Shown here: positions 58,328-64,000 of the stretch, in pieces
How positions within the stretch are numbered: position 1 is the stretch's first letter
How the letters are laid out: each line of letters starts with the position of its first letter
Assembly (NCBI GenBank): GCA_049515535.1
Contig: JBEKTZ010000001.1
Location: forward strand, 330,599 to 394,598
Origin: Candidatus Aminicenantales bacterium
GTDB taxonomy: Bacteria > Acidobacteriota > Aminicenantia > Aminicenantales > UBA4085
Length of the DNA stretch: 64,000 nucleotides
Direction: 5' to 3'
Made by a program: the position numbers and the translations under genes
The notes under the pieces: model-generated
What the model was told of the DNA's origin: nothing
The model's input: only the letters and a program-made list of their open reading frames with translations
Database searches by the model: none

Positions 58328-59504
58328 GGGAGGCCTCGATCATGTCCCATATCGAGCGGCTCAGTTCGCGCTTGCTCATTTTCGCCGTTTCCGTCGCCTG
58401 CCCCGCGGCGTCGATAAGAAGCGCCTGATTGTCGTCCGCGTCGAATCCCTGGCCCGGCTTGGAAACGTCATTGGCCACGATGAGATCCAGATTTTTCGCC
58501 TTCATCTTCGTCAAGGCGTTGGCTCGCAGGGATTCGGTTTCCGCGGCGAACCCGACGAGGAATTGATGTTTTTTCCTCTCCCCCATGGCCTTCAGAATGT
58601 CTTTCGTCCGGACGAGCTTCAGCGTCTCCGGGAGATCCTGCTTTTTGATCTTCCGGCCCGACGCGTCCGCGATCGCGACATCGGCGACAGCCGCGGCCAT
58701 GACGACGATATTCGCTTTCGAGAACCGTTTTAACGCTTCTTTTTCCATTTCGGCCGCCGTCTCGACCCGCACCAGTTCCGCCTTGGCGGGCGGCACCGCG
58801 GATGTCGGTCCGGAGACAAGGATCACGCGAGCGCCGCGGCGGAGAGCCTCCGCGGCCATTTCGAATCCCATCTTGCCCGACGACCGGTTGGAGAGAAACC
58901 GGACGGGATCAAGATATTCCCGGGTCGGTCCGGCCGTCACCAGGACGGTTTTTCCGCGGAGGCTTTCGCCCTTCTTCAAGATCTCGAGCCCGCGGCGGAC
59001 GATGTCATCCGGCTCGGCGAGTCTTCCCCACCCTTCATCGCCGCAGGCCAGGTATCCCCGGGCCGGTTCGACGAATTCCACCCCCCGGGCGCGGAGCTTC
59101 CTCAAGTTGTCCTGCGTCTGGGGATGGAGGAGCATCGCTTCGTTCATGGCCGCCGCGACGAGGACGGGCGCCTCCAGGGCGAGATAGAAAGTGGACAGAA
59201 AATCATCGGCGATTCCCGAAGCGAATTTCCCGATGATGTTGGCCGTCGCCGGGGCGACGACGAGGAGCGCGGTCTCCTTGGCCAGCGCGACGTGGGCCAC
59301 CGACCAGGGATGGTCGTCGGCGAACATCTCGACGATGGCCTTGTGTCCGGAAAGGGAACTGAACAAAAGCGGCGAGATGAGTTTCGTCGCGTTGGGGGTC
59401 ATGATGACCTGGACGTCGTGGCCGGCTTTTTGAAACGCCCGCAAGATCTCGCAGGCCTTATAAAGGCTGACGGAGGATGTGACGCCGAGCGTGATTTTTG
59501 CCAT
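58311..59504 (-). CDS. coaBC: Bifunctional PPC decarboxylase/PPC synthetase
   Basis: APATAN, AMN..M, LACG..G.GRL, TAGPTRE..DPVR..SN.SSGKMG, AAVAD, GFAAET. Confidence 0.95.
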   Translation of the reverse strand: MAKITLGVTSSVSLYKACEILRAFQKAGHDVQVIMTPNATKLISPLLFSSLSGHKAIVEMFADDHPWSVAHVALAKETALLVVAPATANIIGKFASGIADDFLSTFYLALEAPVLVAAAMNEAMLLHPQTQDNLRKLRARGVEFVEPARGYLACGDEGWGRLAEPDDIVRRGLEILKKGESLRGKTVLVTAGPTREYLDPVRFLSNRSSGKMGFEMAAEALRRGARVILVSGPTSAVPPAKAELVRVETAAEMEKEALKRFSKANIVVMAAAVADVAIADASGRKIKKQDLPETLKLVRTKDILKAMGERKKHQFLVGFAAETESLRANALTKMKAKNLDLIVANDVSKPGQGFDADDNQALLIDAAGQATETAKMSKRELSRSIWDMIEASLGKRR

Positions 59505-59578
59505 TGGTCTTTTTCCTAATTTCTTTGGATCCCCGTCCGGCCCTTCCTTCTCGGGATCCGGACGGAGGATCGTCTTCT

Positions 59579-60175
59579 TTACGTAAAGCTCCGTAAGATC
59601 GATTTGATCTCCGGCTTCCGGACGGCGAGCCGGCAACGGGAGCCGAGGATGATGGATTCGAGCTCGAGAACGGCCCGGTCGAGCTTGTTGTTGATGACGA
59701 TGTAATCGAACAGCACGTAATGACGGATTTCCTTTTTGGCGGTCCTCAGCCGCTCTTCGATGGCGTCGCGCCTGTCTTCGCCCCGCTCTTTGAGCCGGCG
59801 CCGCAATTCCTTGAAAACGGGCGGCAGGATGAAGACAAATACGGCGCCGTCACGCCGGGACATGATCTGGCGCGCGCCCTGGATGTCGATGTCCAGAACG
59901 AGATCGCTGTTTTTGCCTTTGCTCGCGATCTCTTTCTTCGACGTGCCGTAATAATGGCCGTGGACGACGGCCCATTCGACGAATTGCTCCTTGGCGATCA
60001 TGCGCTCGAACTCCGGCTTGGTCGCGAAGTGGTAGTCGCGCCCCTCCTGCTCGGACGGACGTTTCGGCCGCGTCGTATGCGAAACCGAGAACCGGACGTT
60101 GCGCAAGTCCCTCATGACATGGCGGATGATGGTCGATTTCCCGCATCCTGAGGGCCCCGTGATGATGAACAACAC
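59579..60175 (-). CDS. gmk: Guanylate kinase
   Basis: GPSGCGKST, SHTTR..R..E..GRDYHF, YYGT, DIQGA. Confidence 0.95.
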   Translation of the reverse strand: MLFIITGPSGCGKSTIIRHVMRDLRNVRFSVSHTTRPKRPSEQEGRDYHFATKPEFERMIAKEQFVEWAVVHGHYYGTSKKEIASKGKNSDLVLDIDIQGARQIMSRRDGAVFVFILPPVFKELRRRLKERGEDRRDAIEERLRTAKKEIRHYVLFDYIVINNKLDRAVLELESIILGSRCRLAVRKPEIKSILRSFT

Positions 60176-60187
60176 CTGATTCTCCTT

Positions 60188-61066
60188 TCACTCCAGGTTT
60201 TGCACCTGCTGACGGATGCTCTCCACCTCGCCCTTGATCAAAAGACCTTCGCGCGTGATCCCGATGTCCTGAGATTTGGAATTCAGCGTGTTGGCCTCGC
60301 GGGTGAGCTCTTGAGCCAAGAAATCCAGCATCTTGCCGGCGGGTTTTCCCTTCGGCGAAGTCACGAGTTTCAGGGCGGCGTCCAGGTGGCTTTTCAAACG
60401 CTGAATCTCTTCCGAAACGTCATAGCGCTGCGTCAGGTAGGCGACTTCCTCGGACATCCGCTCCTCGTTCTGAGGACCGCCTCCGTTCAGCTCTTTGAGC
60501 TTCTGTCGCAGCTTTTGCTGGACGGCCCGCGGCTGTTTCTTGACCAGCTTCTCGATGCGGCCGATGGCCCTTGTGACGTTCCCGATGTGCTTTTTGATCT
60601 GGGCGGCCGTCTTCCGCCCCTCGATCTGCCGGGTCCGGATGACCTCTCCGAGGGTCCGGAGAAAGCCCCTCTCTAAAAAGGCCGACTCGGCCGGGCTGAG
60701 CTCTTTTCTTTTCAGTTCCATGAGCTGGGGGATGCGGAACAGATTGTCCACGGAAAAATTCATTTCTTTCTTGAGGCGCATCGCGACCCGCTGAAATGAC
60801 AGAAGGACCTTTTCCAGCAGGCCCTCGTTGATACGGATGTCCCAGCTCGAGGGATCGCGAAAATCGATATCCAGGATGACCTCGATCCGCCCGCGCGAGA
60901 GCCGGTTCTGGCAAAGGACGCGCAAGCGGTTCTCGGTTTCGCCGATGGGCGCGCCTTTGTAATTCCAGTCGAAGAAACGGTGGTTCAGGCTCTTGATGCT
61001 CATCTTCACCCGGATCGCCGGCGATTCGAAGCTTTTTTCGGCGAAACCCGTCATGCTCTGGATCAT
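60188..61066 (-). CDS. yicC: YicC/YloC family endoribonuclease
   Basis: SMTGF, KSLNHRF, RG.IE, EEI.RL.SH, LDFL.QE..REANT..SK, QVQNLE. Confidence 0.93.
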   Translation of the reverse strand: MIQSMTGFAEKSFESPAIRVKMSIKSLNHRFFDWNYKGAPIGETENRLRVLCQNRLSRGRIEVILDIDFRDPSSWDIRINEGLLEKVLLSFQRVAMRLKKEMNFSVDNLFRIPQLMELKRKELSPAESAFLERGFLRTLGEVIRTRQIEGRKTAAQIKKHIGNVTRAIGRIEKLVKKQPRAVQQKLRQKLKELNGGGPQNEERMSEEVAYLTQRYDVSEEIQRLKSHLDAALKLVTSPKGKPAGKMLDFLAQELTREANTLNSKSQDIGITREGLLIKGEVESIRQQVQNLE

Positions 61067-62856
61067 CGTTCGATCTCCTCGTCCTCGGGGAACTGCAGGT
61101 CATGCAATTTTTTGTAGATGCCTTCTTTTTTCAGCAGGATCTCGTGCGAGCCGGACTCGACGATTTGCCCTTTGTCGATGACCAGGATCTTGTCGGCGTT
61201 GCGGATCGTGGAGAGCCGGTGGGCGATGACGATCGTCGTCCGGTCTTTCATGATATGGGACAGGGCGGTCTGGATTAGCCGCTCGGACTCGGAATCCAGA
61301 GCCGACGTGGCTTCATCGAGGATCAGAATGGGCGGATTCTTGAGAAGGGCGCGGGCAATGGCCAGCCGCTGTCTTTGGCCTCTCGAGAGCAGCCCCCCCC
61401 GCTCGCCGATCAGGGTCTCGTAGCCCTCGGGGAGCTCCGTAATGAACTGATGGCATTCGGCGGCCCGGGCCGCCGCGATGATCTTCTCCTCGGACATGCC
61501 ATCCAGACCATAGGCGATGTTGTTCCGGACGGTATCGTTGAACAGGATGATGTCCTGAGTCACGAGTCCGATCTGGGAACGGAGAGATTCCAGGGTGACG
61601 TCCCGGATGTCGATCCCGTCGATCGTGATGGCTCCCGATGTCGGCTCGTAAAAGCGCGACAGGAGATTGACGATCGTCGTCTTCCCCGCCCCGCTCAAGC
61701 CGACGACAGCCACCATCTCGTTGGGCAGGACCTCAAAATCGACGTCATGGAGGACGGGCCGGGATTCGTTGTACGAGAACCGGATGTCTTCGAACCGGAC
61801 GTGCCCTTTGACCGCGGGCAGCGGATAGGCGCCGGGCCGGTCCTGGATCTGCAGGGGGGACTGAAGGACTTCCTGGATCCGTCCGTAACAGGGAGCCGCC
61901 TGCTGGATGACGTTGTTGGCCCGGCTGAGCCGCTTGATGGGCGTGAACATCATGAAAATGGCCATCGTGAAGGCTCCGAAATCGCCGGCGCTGATGAGGC
62001 CGGAGGAGATCCTCTGGGTGCCGATGAAAAGGATAAAAGCGCCGACGACGCCGCCGATGAATTCCATGAACGGCGAGGAGAGCGAGGAGATCCAGGCCAG
62101 CTTGAGGTTGATCCGGAAATAGCTCCAGGTGGCCTTCAGGAATTTCTTCAGCTCGAATCGCTCCATGGTGAAGGCTTTGACAATCTTGTTGCCGCTGATC
62201 GTTTCGTGGAGAAGGTCGTAGATCTGGCCCATCTTGACCTGGCTCTGGAGGCCTTTCCTTTTGAGCTGTCGGCTGAAAGCCGCGAGGGGAATGACGGCCA
62301 GCGGGGTGACGACAAAGGCCATCATGGCCAGCTTCCAATCGCGGACGAACATCTGGACGAGGAGCGCCGCGAGGATGAAGACTTCCTCGATCATGTCGCT
62401 CATCGCGCTCGAGACCGCCTGCTGGATCCTGTCCACGTCGTTGGTCAGCCGGGACATGAGGTCGCCCGTCGAGACCCGATCGAAGTAGCCCATGGACTGG
62501 TAAAGGATATGGCTGTAGAGCTCGTCCCGCATGGTCTTGACGATCTTGTTGCCCACGGCCTTCATGAAAAACGAGGAGAGAAACGTAAACACGCCCTTGC
62601 CGAAGATGACGACGACGACCATGATGGGCAGCACGTTCCGGATGTCCTGCGGACCGACATGGAGCCAGCGGAAAACGACGTCCATGAAGCGGAACTTCGT
62701 CGGCGCGGCCTGCGATCCCAGCCCCCACATATTGTCGATGATCGGTTGAACCATGTCCACGAAAACATAGGAAAAGAAAGCGACGAAGATCGTGGAGAGG
62801 AACGAGAGAATGACGAGCTTTTTCTCCCGCCACGTCAGCTTGAGAAGCGCGAACAT
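61063..62856 (-). CDS. ABC exporter, TMD+NBD fusion (MsbA-like)
   Basis: Multi-TM domain, GLSGAGKT, LSRGQRQR signature, LILDEATS, IAHRLST. Confidence 0.9.
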   Translation of the reverse strand: MFALLKLTWREKKLVILSFLSTIFVAFFSYVFVDMVQPIIDNMWGLGSQAAPTKFRFMDVVFRWLHVGPQDIRNVLPIMVVVVIFGKGVFTFLSSFFMKAVGNKIVKTMRDELYSHILYQSMGYFDRVSTGDLMSRLTNDVDRIQQAVSSAMSDMIEEVFILAALLVQMFVRDWKLAMMAFVVTPLAVIPLAAFSRQLKRKGLQSQVKMGQIYDLLHETISGNKIVKAFTMERFELKKFLKATWSYFRINLKLAWISSLSSPFMEFIGGVVGAFILFIGTQRISSGLISAGDFGAFTMAIFMMFTPIKRLSRANNVIQQAAPCYGRIQEVLQSPLQIQDRPGAYPLPAVKGHVRFEDIRFSYNESRPVLHDVDFEVLPNEMVAVVGLSGAGKTTIVNLLSRFYEPTSGAITIDGIDIRDVTLESLRSQIGLVTQDIILFNDTVRNNIAYGLDGMSEEKIIAAARAAECHQFITELPEGYETLIGERGGLLSRGQRQRLAIARALLKNPPILILDEATSALDSESERLIQTALSHIMKDRTTIVIAHRLSTIRNADKILVIDKGQIVESGSHEILLKKEGIYKKLHDLQFPEDEEIER

Positions 62857-62937
62857 CGGATTTCGCTCAGACCGCCCTGGCCTTGAGGATTTTCAGGGCG
62901 AGTTTGAACCGTTTTTTGGCTTTCATGAGAGGCCGGG

Positions 62938-63159
62938 TCAGGCGGATTTTTGAAAATCCTTCATGATCCTGTACATCTGATCTTTGAGGGCCAGCTTTTT
63001 CTTTTTCAGCTCTTTTTCCTCGAGCCGTTCTTCGTCGGAAAGGAAAGGCTTTTCTTTGAGGGCGGCCAGGTCGATCTCGCGCCGCCGGTGTTCATCGCAG
63101 AGCTTCCGGAAAACGGGATTCTCTTTGAGCAAGCGCTCTTTCAACAGGCTCTCATCCAT
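62938..63159 (-). CDS. DUF465 (YdcH-like) small protein
   Basis: F..L..EH...., LKKKKL.LKD motif. Confidence 0.8.
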   Translation of the reverse strand: MDESLLKERLLKENPVFRKLCDEHRRREIDLAALKEKPFLSDEERLEEKELKKKKLALKDQMYRIMKDFQKSA

Positions 63160-63244
63160 GCCTTTTTTCCTCCGCCGGCTAAGAATATCATAATGAATAA
63201 GTTCTTTCAATGAAGCTGGCCTAAACCCGCCCCGTCGGATACTC

Positions 63245-63294
63245 TTGGAGGAAAACCCTTATTGGGGTTTCCCTCCAACGGGAGCTTCGCTCCC
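63245..63294. repeat. Two adjacent intergenic hairpins (REP-like)
   Basis: TTGGAGGAAAACCC...GGGTTTCCCTCCAA and GGGAGC-TTC-GCTCCC; single copy in window. Confidence 0.4.
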
Positions 63295-63420
63295 TGCCAC
63301 CCTTCCCTGGAGCATCTTATGAACGCATTTCTACGGACAGATTTTGTTCATTAGATGGGGCGCCCTGGTCGGCGTCACCCCTTCTCCATTCTCCTATGAT
63401 CTATATCGAAAGATCTTTCC

Positions 63421-63999
63421 CTATATTCCCGCCTGGGAAGGACGATTTCCGCGAAGACTGTCGGAAAATATGTCCAGCATCCTTTCCGCAAGAGCCGGCC
63501 ATGTGAATTCCTGGATTTTCCGGTATCCGGCCTCGGCCAACCGATCTCGAAAGCCGGGGTCTTCGATCAGTTTTCGGATCCGGCGACGAAGGAAAAAAGA
63601 GAGAGGGAAGGAGACGACAAGGGCCGTCCGGCCTGGAAAAGCGAAGTCCCGTGTCCCGGATTTGGAGCAAACGACGGGCACCCGGCAGGCCATGGCCTCG
63701 GCCGTCGTGTTCGACCAACCCGCCCGACGCTCGGCGCTGACGAACAGATCCGCCTGGGAAAAGAGCCAGGCCATTCGGTCCTGGGGAAGGTTGAGATAAA
63801 AATCATGGGGAATCCGCGTCTTGATGAGGGGCCGGGGATCGCGCCGGTCCCGGCCAACCAGCGTGTCGAAGAAAATGAGCCGGAGGCGGGGATTCGCGCG
63901 GGCCAGGCCTTCAACGGCCCGGATGATGGACCCGATCCTCTTACGGCGCTTGTAGATCCGTCCGTAGCAGAGGATGTTGAACGCGTTCCGGTCCTGCCG
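63421..63999 (-). CDS. Glycosyltransferase family 4, C-terminal part (runs off right edge)
   Basis: Frame open to the window end; ILCYGR...RK, AEAMAC..PVV, FTW. Confidence 0.8.
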   Translation of the reverse strand, partial: RQDRNAFNILCYGRIYKRRKRIGSIIRAVEGLARANPRLRLIFFDTLVGRDRRDPRPLIKTRIPHDFYLNLPQDRMAWLFSQADLFVSAERRAGWSNTTAEAMACRVPVVCSKSGTRDFAFPGRTALVVSFPLSFFLRRRIRKLIEDPGFRDRLAEAGYRKIQEFTWPALAERMLDIFSDSLRGNRPSQAGI

Positions 64000-64000
64000 G

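Noticed and set aside
59505..59578. Expected rpoZ between gmk and coaBC
   Set aside because: The gap is only 74 bp; the gene may simply lie elsewhere
62867..62926. 19-aa basic ORF MKAKKRFKLALKILKARAV upstream of the ABC exporter
   Set aside because: No clear RBS or family support

Overview
The window has two parts. (1) 1-~22570 is the right-hand part of a visibly AT-richer integrative element inserted in the host comM (YifB) gene; its other end lies left of the window. It carries two large serine recombinases and a replication/regulation module (HTH initiator-like gene with internal iterons, XRE regulator, catalytically degenerate RuvC-fold protein). It also has a recombination/transfer-like module (Cas4/RecB-like nuclease, soluble VirD4-like ATPase, PH-domain membrane protein, DUF932). 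The defence cargo comprises a Lamassu/ABC-3C system preceded by two membrane proteins (one with a HEPN-like domain), a PHP-ATPase (Ppl/TrlF-type), and a tightly coupled TPR + HExxH metallopeptidase + MazG-like + DUF2075 nuclease-helicase operon, the best candidate for an undescribed system. (2) ~22570-64000 is GC-rich host chromosome of a diderm bacterium (tentatively Aminicenantes/Acidobacteriota-like, impression only). It holds truncated comM, four GT4 glycosyltransferases, truA, rimI-tsaB, and an unusual carbon-metabolism cluster (ACL-like CoA ligase fused to a ferredoxin, SucD-like subunit, citryl-CoA lyase, HD protein, two LeuCD/HacAB pairs, a beta-decarboxylating dehydrogenase). It continues with an ECF sigma operon, sppA, ftsB-like, a phosphohexomutase, coaD, pilMNOPQ, an apparently helicase-dead priA, UDG, coaBC, gmk, yicC and an MsbA-like exporter. 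A palindromic repeat occurs once intergenically and once inserted in frame inside a LeuC-like gene. All calls are by eye from motifs; no searches were run.
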